Below are positions 1 to 16,100 of a stretch of 64,000 bases of DNA, piece after piece. The notes under the pieces are model-generated. The model was not told the origin of the DNA, searched no databases, and saw nothing but the letters and a program-made list of their open reading frames with translations. Location of the stretch: NCBI RefSeq assembly GCF_009914755.1, contig NC_060930.1; one strand, written 5' to 3'. Position numbers and translations under genes: made by a program. Numbering within the stretch: position 1 is the stretch's first letter; each line of letters starts with the position of its first letter. The stretch comes from the human T2T-CHM13v2.0 reference genome, Homo sapiens.

Positions 1-284
1 TGTGACGAGCTTTATGGAGAACATACAGTGAGCGTGGCTCAGGCATGAGTGATAGTGCTGTTGGCCGTGTGGCTTCAATGTTGATGAATCAACGGTATGT
101 GTTAAATCCGGCATGGTTCAACAGAAACAAACAGAAAACCAAAGGTACGTACAGGTGGGCTGAAGAAAACGTGCTCACGGAGACGTCACCTTGCATTTCC
201 TCCAGTAACAATGTTTCAGTATTCACTACTTCAGTGTTCACAGTGACTTTATGAGACAAAACTGCCATAAATAGTGAGACTCTG
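1..284. mobile_element. MER82-like TcMar-Tigger DNA transposon fragment (runs off window start)
   Basis: ggcatgagtgatagtgctgttggccgtg...ttcaatgttgatgaatcaac...ttcagtgttcacagtgactttat resembles the recalled MER82 consensus. Confidence 0.65.
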
Positions 285-674
285 TTAGTTATTTCCTTCC
301 CACAGAAAAGTAAACTGAGGCTTGGAGAAATAAGAAACTTGTCGGAAGCTGCACAGCTAGCATGAACTCAGACTGGAATGTCATAAATGGCACACATTTC
401 TAAAGACATTAAAGGGCCCGGACATGGCGGTGGCAAGGAATGGAAGAGAGGAGGCAAAGTATAAATGATTGAGGGAGTAGAATCAATAGGCTTTGACCAC
501 TGACTGCACAAGTGGAGGGCTACGAGGAGGAAGGGGTGCAGGAGGACCCTGAAGTCAGGTGAAGGTGATGGAAGGTTGAGTCTGGAGGGCCTGAGAGTCA
601 AGGTTGCAGGGAGGGTAGGAAGCAGCTCCAGCAGCAAGTAAGGACTCAGGCTGGGGGCAGACGGGCCAGCTGTT

Positions 675-880
675 ACTTCCTGAGCACTCACTGTGTTCTA
701 AATGCTGCTGAGAGACTCTTGCTAAATGATGTCATTGAATCCTCACGACCCTATAAGAGAGAAAGAGGGACTATTATACCCATGTTACAGATGAGGACAG
801 TGAGGCTCAAAGAAGTAAAGTAACTTGTCCCTGGACATCCTGCTGATAAAGCACAGAACAGGGAATGCAAACCCAGGCAA
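675..880 (-). mobile_element. MIR SINE
   Basis: Antisense MIR core catgttacagatgaggacagtgaggctcaaagaagtaaagtaacttgtcc; a second short MIR piece lies at ~295-385. Confidence 0.75.
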
Positions 881-2808
881 GGGGACCCTGGCTGGTTGTG
901 ATCACAGTGAGACATTTTGGAGTTTCAGATCTTGGAGGAAGAGAAGCACTAATGTTAATGATACCTGACCTTGTTCTCTAGTTTCTTGTTTTTATTTTTA
1001 CTTTTTCCAACATTCTCCTTACACCACATATTTTTCTACCTTCATGTTTTTGTTCAAATTCTTTTCTCCCACAGGAAGGTTGTTCTTCTCTTCTGGCCTT
1101 TAGGTTTTCTTGTTTTGTTTTGTTGATATTGCAAAAGGGTGGTTAAAATGATTTGGTAGCTGAAAAAATTGGACATTTTATTTGTGTTATGTTATATTGT
1201 GCTGTTTAGTAAAAATATGTGAAATTTCAGTGTTTCCTAGAATATAATATATATTACTGAGAAGTGACTCTTGCATTTCACATTAATGGAGCTACAGGTG
1301 ACTTACAGATGCGCTCGTGAACAGAGGAGAAGCATGCTTATGCTATTTTTCCACTAGATTTGGATAAGCTGGAATAAAAAGATATGGTCCTCATTTTACA
1401 TTTCATCTCTGATATGAATTATCTCTGAACCTTTTTAAAGACCTGAAGTCTCTCTTTATGTTTCCCAAATTTGTATTGCTGAGAATTATTTGCCCATGTT
1501 CCTGAGATATTACAAAATTAAAAAATCCTCAATACTTAAGTATTAAGGGCTGTTCCCACAGCCCTTTTAGTACTGTTCTTATGGATAAAAGTGTTTCCAA
1601 ATACAGCAAATGTTTCATCTTCATATATTAAAAAATGTGGACAATACATAAAACTCTTATCAGAATATTGGGCTCCTTCCTTGTTTCTCAAATGGCCCTC
1701 CAAGATGTCCAAGGAGGTGAGCATTCTTTCTGACCACATGGAAGGTGCTCTCTCCAGAGCTGTGGCACTCCATTAAAACAACTCTGCCCACAGAGTTCAA
1801 ATGCTGAGGGTTGCAAGAAGAAAAGTAAGCTTGAATCTTTGTAGGTAAGTAGAAAAGAGTTCTCCTACAAGGGAGTCTCTATTCTTTGAAATAACCCAAA
1901 TCTGAAACCCTTCATTTATAAATTAAAGAAGAAACCTGCTGAACTACACTGAAACCAGGGAGAGAGAGAAAAGCAATGTTGCTGGCAACTGTGCTATATA
2001 CTCAGTCAACTGTAACTCTTAGGTGAGTAAATCCTGCATGTGTGTAGAGATCTGGTAGTGTAGAAACAAAGGCTATGACAAAGAAACCTAAGAAATCTTT
2101 GATCTCTTCTTAAACTTCCATTCCCTAGAAATGGAACTGGGAAAAGTGAAGCCGCATTTGATTCCACAAACACTTGCAACCATCTTTCAAGTATCCTGGA
2201 CGGAATCAAGTCCAAAGTGTGCTTTGCCAAACCCAAGGGAAATTCACTCCATATGTTTCTGATTCATGTATAGTTTAATCATCAAAATATTGTTTTGCAA
2301 GGACTAGTTTTGTCCAAGAAAGCTTTTATGAGCCATTTGAAAACACTATCTTGAAAACAGGAAGTTCCGTTTTGCCAAGAGCTAACAGACGCCTGAGCAG
2401 AGGCTCTGGATTTGGTTGTCGGGGCAGAAGCCCTGGATACCGAGATTTCCAACATGGCAGAGCTGGCTTTATAATTCCTTCGGGGAGTCTGTGTTATGTG
2501 CCCTCTCCACTCACCAGAATTATAGAACTCTTTCAGGGAAAAGAACCCAAGGGAAGGGTGATCACGGGCTTCCATGATTTCCACTCAAACTCATTGCCCT
2601 TCATGGAATCGCATGCCCGCTTCCCCCCACATTCCATTTGCTAAATGATGGTTCAGAGATAACTTCTCTACTGAAATCATGTTGGCATTGTAGCCGTTAA
2701 AAGCCTAAGGTAGAATTTCACAAATGAGCTTGGAAAACAGCAGCTTCAAAGGAGCTATTGACTCCAGGAAAAGGAAAAGCAAAATTCTCTTTCTTCCTGA
2801 GTTTCTTT

Positions 2809-3040
2809 AATTTTTTTTCATGGCAAAATATGCATAACATGAAATTTAGCATCGTGACTATATTTAGGTCTTCAGGCTTGTGGCATAAAGTACATTCACA
2901 GTATTGTGCAACCATCACCACCATCCGTGCCTCTCCAGAACTCTTCATTTGCAAGAGTGAAACATTTGCCCGTTAAACAATAACTTTTCATTCACCCTCC
3001 CCTCAGCCCCTTGAAAACATCATTCTACTTTCTGTCTGAA
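2809..3040 (-). mobile_element. Old L1 (L1MB-like) 3' end fragment
   Basis: gtacattcacagtattgtgcaaccatcaccaccatc...ccagaactcttc is typical of the antisense L1M 3' UTR. Confidence 0.75.
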
Positions 3041-3340
3041 TTAAGGAGTAACTAAATTCATCTGGTGATGTGAGCTTTTTTTGTCACTAAAATGCGAAAG
3101 GACTTTTGTTGTGTGGATTCTTGTTCAAGGGATATTGGATATATAGTAGGAAAATGTCTTTGATGATTTGATGAGAATTGTATAATTGACACAAATGGAC
3201 TCCACTGATCCCCAGGCAAATCATGAAACTAGAGTTCAATGAAGGCATTTCACCAGGGAGTTCTGCTGCTGTGCTGCTTTTTGATGATCTGATAGTAAAA
3301 ATGTATAGAATCTTCTTTTAAAAAAGAAAGAAAGAAAGAA

Positions 3341-3640
3341 AGTGGTTATCAAACTTTCAAATGCATTAGAATCTCCCGGGGATTCTGTTAATCCACAGAT
3401 TCTGATTCAGCAGGTCTGAAGTGGGCTCAAGATATTACATTTCTAACAACCTCCCAGGTGATGGTAATGCTGCTAGTCCATGCACCACACTTGGAGAAAC
3501 AAGGTTCTAGAAGAGTGGTTCATGACCCTCGACAGCCTTTTAAAAATTCTAACTCAGATATTCTGGGTGGGACTTGGGCATAGGTATTTTTAAAGTACCT
3601 CAAGCAATCCTAATGTATAGCTAGCACTGAGAAGCTCTGA
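3341..3640. mobile_element. Two adjacent MER5A-type hAT-Charlie elements
   Basis: gattctgattcagcaggtctgaagtggg...catttctaacaacctcccaggtgatg, followed by a second degenerate copy from ~3512. Confidence 0.7.
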
Positions 3641-3896
3641 CCTGGAGAAATTGAGCTAATATTTTTAGTCTGCCTCTCTTAAAATCAGATATCTTATCTG
3701 AGTCGCTGAGTATTGGATTGCAGGGAATTCATACTTGACTTCTCTAGTAAAAGCCTTAAGTGGCTATTTCTGTGTTCCTGATAAAAGAAAGAGCCAAATG
3801 CTTTAGATTCCAAATACACTAACTACAGAGTTGACATTCAGCTATGAAAATCTAGCAACCTGTCTTGTATTTTCACCCCTGCCGAGGGTATTCCTA

Positions 3897-4020
3897 GGCC
3901 TGATATGGTGACTCATGCTTGTAATCCCAGCATTTCAGGAGGCCAAGGTAGGAGGATCACTCGAGTCCAGGAGTTTGAGACCAGCCCAGGCAATGTGGTG
4001 AAACCCCAGCTCTACCAAAA
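3897..4020 (+). mobile_element. Alu left monomer (FLAM/AluJ-like)
   Basis: Left-arm sequence with ggaggatcactcgagtccaggagtt; no right arm. Confidence 0.85.
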
Positions 4021-4116
4021 ATATATGCTTAAATACTTAGACACATAATTGAGAACTCAGAATCTTGCACCAAAAAAATATCAGGAGAAAATATTATCTT
4101 AAAAATGTTAAGAACA

Positions 4117-4467
<351 letters not shown>

Positions 4468-4924
4468 CTAGCATAAAATAAATGTAGTATTGCTTCTGCG
4501 AACATCTGATTCTGCTTTTAACTGCGTCCTGATGGATCTTCTTGGATGAGTCACCTGCAAAGTGCACCTCTAAGAAGCTGAATGTGCTGTCTGTGGTTGG
4601 GGTAATTAAATACTGTGGACTTAAACATTAGAGAATGCCTGCCAAAGACAATTATGTCAGTTTAGCTTAATTGAGACTAAACTTCTCTTCCTCACAATAA
4701 TTAGCCAACAGGAGCAGTTATTTTTAAGGCCACTCCTAATTTCTGATAATAAAACTATGGCAACATAGAAAAGAATGTGTCCCTGTTTATTCTGGCAGAT
4801 GGATGCAGACCCAATTTAGCTAATAAACATATCAACTTATTTAAATATTAAACCCAAAGGGAGAAGACTTCAGTGCACAGCAGTATTTTAGAATTTAAAT
4901 CTAATCCACCAAAAAGCCATTCTT

Positions 4925-5212
4925 GGCCCGGCGTAGTGGCTCACGCCTGTAATCCCAGCACGTTGTGAGGCCGAGGCAGAAGGTCAGGAGATCGAGATCA
5001 TCCTGGCCAACATGAAACCCTGTGTCTACTAAAAATACAAAAATTAGCCAGGCGTGGTGGTGTGTGCCTGTAGTCCCAGCTACTCAGAAGGCTGAGGCAC
5101 GAGCATCGTTTGAACGCGGGCAGCAGAGGTGGCAGTGAGCCGAAATCTCACCACTGCACTCCAGCCTGGGCAACAGAGCAAGACTCTGTCTCAAACAAAC
5201 AAGCAAACAAAC
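4925..5212 (+). mobile_element. AluS (Sc-like) with small left-arm deletion
   Basis: gagatcgagatcatcctggccaac; TSD aaaaagccatt(c/t)tt. Confidence 0.93.
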
Positions 5213-5944
5213 AAAAAGCCATTTTTATTTACCCCATCTTTTTTGCCAGCAGTATTATGATGACAGGCTTTAATTAAACATTACAATTAATTAAAAATTA
5301 GAATGAAAGATGTTGATGCCATATAAACATTTCCCATTTTATGCCGTGGGTAGCTCATGTGCATGAACCAAAGGCTGACCAAAAACAATCATCATTGCCA
5401 ATGTCTTCTTAACCATTTTCTCCATAAGCTGAAACTGGGTAGTAGTGATAAGTAGTAGAATGATCATTAATAGAATAGACATGGCCAGGATAGTCATGAA
5501 GTGTTTCCTGTTATTCATTGCAATACCCTGTTTTGAGACCTTGCGTGCTCTGACCTGGCCCTTTGAGTTAATGTAACCCACTCATGTCCCAGGGCTGAGC
5601 AGCACAAACCAGCTAGGGCTGGAAGAAACAAATCAGGGTCCCTCTTGTTTGTTTCTTCTCTGATTCCATCTTCACCCAACACTAGCCGTAGGGTTAGTCT
5701 TTCTTTCTTGGCCTCTTTGCACCATCTTTCTTGGGCTCTTTGCACATCATACTTAGCTGTCTTCTTTGATACCTGAAGGATGCAAAGGTTGTTCCAGGCA
5801 AAGGCACATGCACATAGATAGGGCTGAAGGCAGAAGGGTGGGAACTGTGAAAACTCAAACGACTAAAAGTAATTACAGTTTTGCTGTCCTATCACTGAGG
5901 GATGGGAAATTGGTAAGGTAAGCCTGGAAAGGTAAATATGACCC

Positions 5945-6255
5945 AGGACAAAAGTCTGCATATTGTATGAGTCCATGTATACGAAATGTCCAAAAAGACA
6001 AATCCACAGGGACAGAACATGGATGAGTAGTTACTGAGGGGTAGGATGGGAATAAAGAATGGTGGTAAATCACCACTCTATTCCTTTTTAGGATGATGGA
6101 ACTGTTCTAAAATTAGACTGTAGTGATGGCAATTCTGCACTATGCATAATACAATTTTGCAAATATGCTAAAAAATACCCATGAAATTATTGTGAATCGC
6201 ATACAGGTGAATTTTATGATATGTAAATTATGTCTTAATAAGCTGTTAAAATACA
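5945..6255 (+). mobile_element. Old L1 (L1MB/ME) 3' end
   Basis: catattgtatgagtccatgtatacgaaatgtcc...gtgaattttatgatatgtaaattatgtcttaataa. Confidence 0.75.
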
Positions 6256-6414
6256 AAAAGCATTTCACAAACCCTGCTAAGGAGTTTTGTTGTTATCCCA
6301 GTTGAGGCAGGAAGGTATTAATGATGCAGATACAAGCCTTTACATTTTAGAAAGCTCCCTGGGGTATTATACACAGCCCCTGCTATGTAAGGTTGGGGTG
6401 AGAGGAAGAGAACT

Positions 6415-6715
6415 GACTTCTGTTGAGCACCTACTGTATAAGAAACACTGTGTAGAGACTCGTTACGCAAATTATTTCATTTAAACTTCACAACAACCTA
6501 CCGATACCTTTTACTATATCTGGATGGTTTGTTGCCATTGCAGTAGGTTTGTGATTCTATTGGATGTGATATAGTATAAACAACTACTGCTTTACCTGTG
6601 AGGTAATTAGGACTCAGAGAGGTAAATAGCCCAGAGGCACGCAGACCAGACGGGAAGTGGCAGAACCAGGATTGGAACTCAGGGGATGTCTCATCTAAAG
6701 CTTTGCTCTTTCTAC
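6415..6715 (-). mobile_element. MIR SINE (interrupted)
   Basis: ttgagcacctactgtataag...ttaaacttcacaacaacc and gactcagagaggtaaatagccc...gtggcagaaccaggattggaactcag. Confidence 0.65.
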
Positions 6716-6811
6716 TCCACTCTGCCGCCTTGAAATTGGGTGAATTCACGTGCATAGCATGAGGTTGAACTGTTTGGTAGATTGCCCAGCATTAATTCCT
6801 ACACATACCCC

Positions 6812-7595
<784 letters not shown>

Positions 7596-8306
7596 CCCTG
7601 CTCTAGAAACCCTTTGTTTAAAAGGAGTCTGAGAATAAATGTAGTCTTCCACATTTTGACCTTGAACATAAGCTCAAAACCTTTTCTTTATTTATAACAA
7701 CAAAAGCAAGACTAGATTAAATAATATTATTATTTATTTGCCTCCAATTTTAAATCTCCTCCACTCGAAATTTTAGAGGAATAAAATAAAGACTTGATCA
7801 TGAGCCATGAAGAATATCATTTTCCTTGGAAAGCATTATTATTATTAGTTAATAAATTACAAAATAACTTTCATATGTTCAGCCCTCAGAGAGGTCTCAT
7901 GACAAAGGAATGTGGAAATGTGGACAAATGGGAACAAACAGACACGTAGAATAATGTTTACATTGCATTATAAACTGTTTTGAGGCATACTTTCTCTTCT
8001 ACCATTTCATTCGAGACAAATATAAGCTTCATAAAGCTCTTTTTCAACAGGTCAGTGTGTTGTTTTTTAAAGGATCCGTGTTATCTATTTTGCTCTAGGG
8101 TTGCTCACTTACTGCCAGAGCTGTAAATTGTCAATGTCAAGGCACCAACAGAAGAGGAACAAAACCAGAGGCCATGAGACAGCCTTGACTGTTCTGACCA
8201 AAGGCACGCTGCAAAGAAAGGAGCTTATTGATTGTTATTCAAGGGTCCTGGGTTCTAAGGGGTTGTTTTTTCAAGGTGGGAGAACTAACCATCTTTAAAC
8301 AAATAA

Positions 8307-8652
<346 letters not shown>

Positions 8653-9149
8653 AGGAGTGTGAGATTTTTTAAGCTCCTTTTCAGAGTTTCCCTATATATT
8701 CTCATTTCTCCTTGACCAATGCAAGCAATGCCATTCTCTGTAACTCCTGTCACCTTCACATACTGTATCATCCTCTTAATCTTTTGTTCTCTTCTTACAC
8801 TCAGCATATCACCATGGACTTTTTCTATCCTTCAATTCAAATCTCATGACAGGCTTCTGCTAGAAGTAGTATTTTAGCTCACAAATGTCCCGGCCCGTTA
8901 ACCAGATTTGTCTCACTCACAGAGTAAAAAACTGGTGGACTCAGGATATCTGCTCTCTGACATTAACTGCTCATGTGACCTTGAGATCAGTTTGTCAAGA
9001 TCTCAGTTTTTCCAAATAAAAATCAATTCACCAACATTTTCTAATTGGGTGAAAACTCAATTGGGTGACAACTCAATTGCGGTGCCTTTCAATTCCAATC
9101 TCATAAACTCAGAACATTTGGTGGATACAGGAAGTATGTGCTGGGTCTT

Positions 9150-9546
9150 GGGGTTTGGGGTTTCCAAAAGGCTGACCCAGAGATAAGATTTTGAGTGCAA
9201 GCGATATTTTGAGAGGTGCACACAGAAAATACCAGCAGGGATTTGGGGAAGTACGACAGAAAAGAGAAGAAAGTCAGTAAAAGGTGTTATTTTCAAGCCA
9301 CTGACCACTGTGTGAAACATACCTCCAAGTTATTCCAATTTAAGTGTGTAGAAATTGGGGTATGTATTCACTTACTTCCTCTCCATCATTGGATGATCAC
9401 TGCTTCATTGAGCATTGTCTCCCATACTCCTACGGTCAGGGAAAAAAGCCCTCTGTACAATTGTAGATGTTCCCAGTAAGCTTCTAATTAGAAAAGTAAG
9501 TGCTACTGGGTTATGGGCCGAGGGAGTGCTGACTCTATCTGTTACA
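9150..9546 (-). mobile_element. LTR33-like ERVL solo LTR
   Basis: gctgacccagagataagattttgagtgcaag...gggaagtacgacagaaaagag and end ...atctgttaca match the recalled antisense LTR33. Confidence 0.6.
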
Positions 9547-10006
9547 ATGAGTGTGAGAGGTGTGGGGAAGTATGGGAAATGAATATTAAATTAGGAAATA
9601 GGAAAGCCCACGGCCTGTGTTTTGCATTCTTTTAAACTTGCTATGACATTTCTAGAGATTACAAGGCATTGTTCTGCAATGTTTAGCAGCATAAACATGC
9701 TATCTCCATGATGGACATGGACCAGAAAATTAATTTGCAGCTACACGTTAAAGAAGAGCTCACTAAGATCCTGACCAGAGTGGAAAGGGTGATATGTTAA
9801 TAAATTATGGCTGCTCTGTATTATTTATATGAAAATACTCTTAAAACTTCACTCTGCAAAAATCTGCAATGAATTTTTTTCTCTATATCCATTCTTCAGA
9901 AATGACATTAAAATGTTATAGCGCTGAGACATTTTAACTATTAAGGAGCTCATTTTCAATTGCTTGGTATAGAAGATTCAGTTTGGCCAAAAGTCTTTCT
10001 TTATGT

Positions 10007-10317
10007 ATTTTGGGTCTTTCTTTTCTTTTATGAGACAGGGTCTCACTCCGTCACCCAGGCTGGAGTGCAGTGGTGTGATCAACTGCTCACTGCAACCTCA
10101 ACCTGCCAGGCTCAAGCAACCCTCCCACCCCAGCCTCCTGAGTAGCTGGGACTATAAGAACACACCAAAATGCCTGGCTATTTGTAAATTTTTTTGTAGA
10201 GACAGAATCTCACTAAACGCTGTTGCCCAGGTTGGTCTAATTTCTGGGCTCAAGTAATCCTCCTGCCTCAGCCTCCCAAAGTGCTGGGATTACAGGCATG
10301 AGCTGCCTTGGTAGGCT
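10007..10317 (-). mobile_element. AluJ
   Basis: gagacagggtctcactccgtcacccaggc...ggctcaagcaaccctcccacc (J diagnostics); TSD tctttcttta. Confidence 0.92.
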
Positions 10318-10963
10318 GAATCTTTCTTTAAATGCACCAGCCAGTGCTATAGGTAAAATGGGCCGATTGGTCTTATGATCATCCATTGAAAAGATTTGGC
10401 ATTTAGATATGCTTTTAGAAATATATGGGGCGGGAGGAATGGGATAATTTAATTCCTTTTCCCCCTTCTGAACTTTATTTCTGAGAACTCAACTTGCCAA
10501 CATCTATGAAAAATAGAAGAGGCTTAGCAATCAATCACTGGGGGAGGGGGTGATGGAAGGGGAAGGAGACAGCTGGCCAAGGAATTCTAAGCTTCAATCA
10601 TTTTGTAGTTCGGAACAAGAGAGCAGGATTGCCGACTTTTAGATTTCTTTTCAGAGGTGGTGCGTGAGCAGCATATGGAATATTCTAATAAAGTCAAGTA
10701 TAGGTTTAACTCCTTTAGGAAACAATCAAACAGGTAAAACGTGAGTCTTTGGGTGAATTTTAAATAAGGTTTGACTTATGTGTAACCTGGGATCTTAGAA
10801 TAAAAAGGGACTTTGTAGAGCATCTGATTCAACCCTTCCATTTGACTCAAGAAGAAACCAGGACCTTGAAAGTTTCAGAGATTTGGCCACCAGGACTCCA
10901 GAACTTATGGACTAAAGTGTTCTCATATGTGTCCAGGGCTCCTTCTGCCCTACCCCATTGCTA

Positions 10964-11759
<796 letters not shown>

Positions 11760-11798
11760 TATATTGCTGCTGTTCCTTTTCCTCCTCTTCCTTCTACT

Positions 11799-11841
11799 TC
11801 TCTCTCTCTCTTTCACACACACACACACACACACACAACAC
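11799..11841. repeat. (TC)n-(AC)n compound microsatellite
   Basis: Seen directly. Confidence 0.9.
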
Positions 11842-12499
11842 ATTTAAACAAGACATTCAACTTGAAAGGACAACTATCTAGGACCCATTTCTTTTAGCTT
11901 ATCACTATATGTAATAGCTTCACACACTCTCTCCCCCTAAAACTTATAAAGTTATCCTTGGCTTTACAAGGATGGAAGTAAAACACTGGAATCCTCCATT
12001 CAAACAAGGTCTGCAAGGATTTGTGTGAATCATTTGATTAGCAATGAGAGCTCAGTAATTAGTGTAATGTAAGGATCGAAGTTAAATGAACATGCCACTA
12101 ATGGGGAAAGGTGATGTTTTCATGGAAAGTCTTTCTCTAGACCTTTTTCTAGATCTCCATCTTGAGAAACATAGTGGGCCATTTAGCTTTTAAAAGTGAG
12201 GCTTTTAAAAGTGTGGCTCTGTCCTGTTTCTCTCAGCTTCTCTTCGCCTGATCTGTTCCAATGTCTTTGTCATTTAACATCTCTGAACCTCAGCCTCCCC
12301 CTGTTGAAATAACATTTCTTGGCTGGGGTAGATCTTGTTTTGGAGGAGGTCTTCCTAAGGAAAAATATAGAAATATCTGATTTTGAAAATTTAGGAAAAA
12401 CATATGTGCATGTGAACACGTGGCTAGGTCCTCTCCCAAGGCCTTTGGAAAGGGGCCCAGGCCTAATTTCAGCTCCCGTATCTTCAAGGCAAATCTGCC

Positions 12500-13170
12500 T
12501 GTATGTTTCAGCATCCTGCATGATATTTCCTTCCATCTCTAGAAATCCAACCGCATCCTGCCTGGCCTGGTTTGCAGCAGTGCCCTTGGCTAGGCCCCTG
12601 AGTACCATCCACTCTACTCCTCCATCTCCCACTGGCCGCCAGAGTCTGTGTTCAAAATCTGAATCTCATCATGTCACCCCCTTGCCTAGTGCAAATTCTC
12701 TCTCCCTGATTTTCCATCATCTTAAGAATAATCACTAATTCTTTAGAAAGGCATCCAAGGCCTTCCAGGAGGGTCCAGTCCTTACCCTTCCAATACTTGT
12801 TCTTGCCAGGCTCTCAGGACCACGTCCACACCCCAGCCACTCATGCTGTCTGCCGTTCCACGCAGTCAGGGCTCGCCTACCTCCATGCCTGCTGCCCTGC
12901 TCTGCCTCCTCAGCACTCTGGCTGCCGTATCTCTCTTTTAAGACTTTGCTCCCAAGACACCCAATAGTGATGTCTCTCGGGCTCCCCAATAAAAATAAGC
13001 ATTCTTTCCCTCCCCGCACCCTGTGTCTTAACATCTGGGATACGTTGTTGCTCTGATGAGCTTCTCCCACCTACAAAGCTTGACAATAGTCACGTATGTC
13101 TTATTTGTATTTGCAGTGCCTGCTAGGACGGTGTTGGCTCATAGTTGATGACACGTGTTTGTTGCATGGG
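12500..13170 (+). mobile_element. L2 LINE 3' fragment
   Basis: aaatctgaatctcatcatgtcacccccttgc...aaggccttcc; terminal cagtgcct...catagttg...tgtttgttgcatg. Confidence 0.65.
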
Positions 13171-16100
13171 GTCGACTTCATATTAACTCCTTACTTACCA
13201 CAGCAGTATCAAGTCTCAAGGGAAAGAAGTGTTTCCAGCTTTTCAGACTGAAATTAAGTACTAACAAGTTATGAAACTCAAAATGGCTCCATCTGAGTTG
13301 TTTGACCACCAGGATCATTATAGATTTTAACTGGAATATTCCTAGTGATTACTGGGCGTGGTCTTCTGCTTTTGTAGACCTTTGCAGCAGGAATAAGAAA
13401 GGGCAGCTGGTGAAAAGAGGAGGGAGATGCCCCTAGCACTGTTTTGTCCTTAATATGCTCAAAATGATTGTTGATTTTAAGGCCCTTTCTTTAGAAGAAG
13501 CTGAAGAAGAGAGTGGCCAGGAGACCACTCCACTCCCACCTCCAACCCAGCCACTGAGCACATTGTCCCTGGTGGACCAGGGTCTGTGTTGGCCAGAGAC
13601 TGTCATATTTAACCTTTCTTCAGGTGGAGGAGGCGGAAGAGTGAATTCTGCTTTCTTTTTGCTGCTTGAAAAGTTTACCTGGCCCCTTATTCTTCACTTT
13701 GGGCAGATTCCCTCTAATCGTTATCATAATCATTAAGCATGTCTCTGAATCCATTAGGTGCATCTCTAAACATGGCGGTGCTGCACCAGGCATTGAACAA
13801 AGGATGCAAGTCAGCCAGCAGATCCTACCTTCAGGAGTTCACAGTGCACATGTAGCTATGAGAGAATAGTTGGCGAGGTCCAGAGACCCCTCCTGAGCTC
13901 TGTTTTGCAGTTGCAGTGGGTCTCTGGTGGTCTGACATTCTGAAGAGATCCTACTCTCATCCACAGAACGGTGGCACACCCAATTAGAATGCACCTTCAC
14001 ATTTTCATTGCTTGCATCATGTTGTTTTGGTGTAACTTTGTAGCATTGTGAGCCTCACACACAGGCATTATTGTTTAGAGAAACGTTCCCTTTCTATGTT
14101 TGTATGCGGAGGACCTCCAATGCAGTGAGTTTTCCTTTAAAGAAAATGACCCCCTCCTCCAAAAAAAAAAAAAACCCCACACAACTAAGTTACACTGTAA
14201 CTTAGTTACAGTGTATTTGGGGAATTCTGTAAGCCACTGTGATTCTTTCTGGAACAAAATCAAACGCTAAAAGGTTGTTTCATCCTTTCGTTGTTGAATA
14301 CCTGGTAAATAACATAGTTTATTTGGAATGACTGATTTAAGAAGACCTGCTTTTCACCCAGAAAATGGCTCTCCAAAATGTTCTTTTTTGTTTGCATAAG
14401 GATGAAATCACTTTCACAATTAGCATGCTTTGTTAGCCACAAGTGGAGATAGTTCTCTTCATGGTACGTAGAAATGTTCAATCTACTGATGGAAAAGCTG
14501 ATGACATAATTAGGAGATCCTGGTCAAATTATTTTGTTTTGTGTCATAGCAAAAGGAGGGTGGCATAAGTCCTCAAGATAACAGTTTTTATCTAATAGTG
14601 AAAACTTGTTATTCTAAGTGCATACAGAAAAAGAAGCATGGAGTATGTGTGTATGTATGTGTGTGTACGTGTGCATGTGTGCACGTGTGTGACAAATGAC
14701 AGATGCTAAAAGGTTTATTATTTGGCCTGTTGATTTCTATTTGCTCTTGCCAATCCATCTGCCCACTAGCCTTAAAGTGACCAGGATGAGAGAAGGATTC
14801 ATTATCTCCCCGCGTCACCCTTCCAGACCTAGACTCAGGGCACCAGGATCTGGCGTGTCAAGCATGTCCCATACAAGTGATATTATATGCTCCCAGAGAG
14901 CAAAGTATATTTTGTCAAATAGCACGGTGACTTGCACTTACCCAGTAGTGCCCAATAGTCATTGGAATGAATCCATAGGAGAGTTAGGGGTTAAAACTGT
15001 GGTGAGTTTAGATTCACTATTTTTGAGTCACAAGCAGAATGACTTCTATGTGTGATTGTGGCAAGGAGGATAGGATGGAGTGGGCAGTTTAAAAAAAAAA
15101 GTCTACGAAAACTATTTGAGACCCCCATGTCCTAAGTCTTAGATAACTTCTTTTTACTTCATTCTAGAGACACTGGTGCAGACCAAAGACAAAGACAGCC
15201 CGGAAGAGATATATCCTTGCTGTTATTTATATATTTTTATGAAGTCTCTCCTTAGTCATATTTTCATTTTTCAGAAATCCCCAAGTAGGACTGAATCTGC
15301 CTACACGATGTCTTTAAAATAAAACTTGTACATCAGTATTCATAGCTCCGCCTACTCTTCCTCCCATTTTTGAGGTGTGTGCGGGTTATACAGATGCCTG
15401 GGGATGTGCTTCCATTCTCCTTGACATAAACCTGGTCAGCTTCCCTCAGGATAACTGGTGGGAATGCTTGCCAAACAGGATTACAAATCAGAAGTCCTCA
15501 GATATGCAGCCTGCAACAGTCAGCTTATTCCTGCAACATTGCATTTAATCTATCTTCTTGCATGAGTGCTGCATTTAGGAAACTGGCCTTTTCAATAGGT
15601 GAATGTGACTAGAATCGCCAAGAACTTCATAATTTTTTCAGAGCTGATTTCATAAATATAATAGTATAAAATACTGGTGAAAAAAGTAATCAAAAAAAGG
15701 ATGCTAAAGACAGTAGCATAAAAACTGTTCCCCATCCCTGCCTCCCTTGCAAAGCAAGCTAATTGGAACTGTCCAGCCAAATGTCTTGTTACTGATATGA
15801 TTTTGTGCCTTGGCATATTCTGATTACTACCATGAATAGGAAGAAAACCTTTAAATTAAATGAAGTAGACAGTATTTCCCTTCTTTCTCCTATTAGAATG
15901 TGAACAATCTGAGAAAATCTCACATTGGAAAGATTTTTATCGTGCTTACGTAGGAAAAATTCCACAAAGCATCCCCAGATGTAAGCACTTTTCTTTACCT
16001 GTTATTTGAATTGCCAAATCTTTTTTCCAGGTTAAGAGGTTAGGAGTTCTCCCATTCAGAATTTTATCATGGGATCGCTGTCTTGACTCATATTCATTTC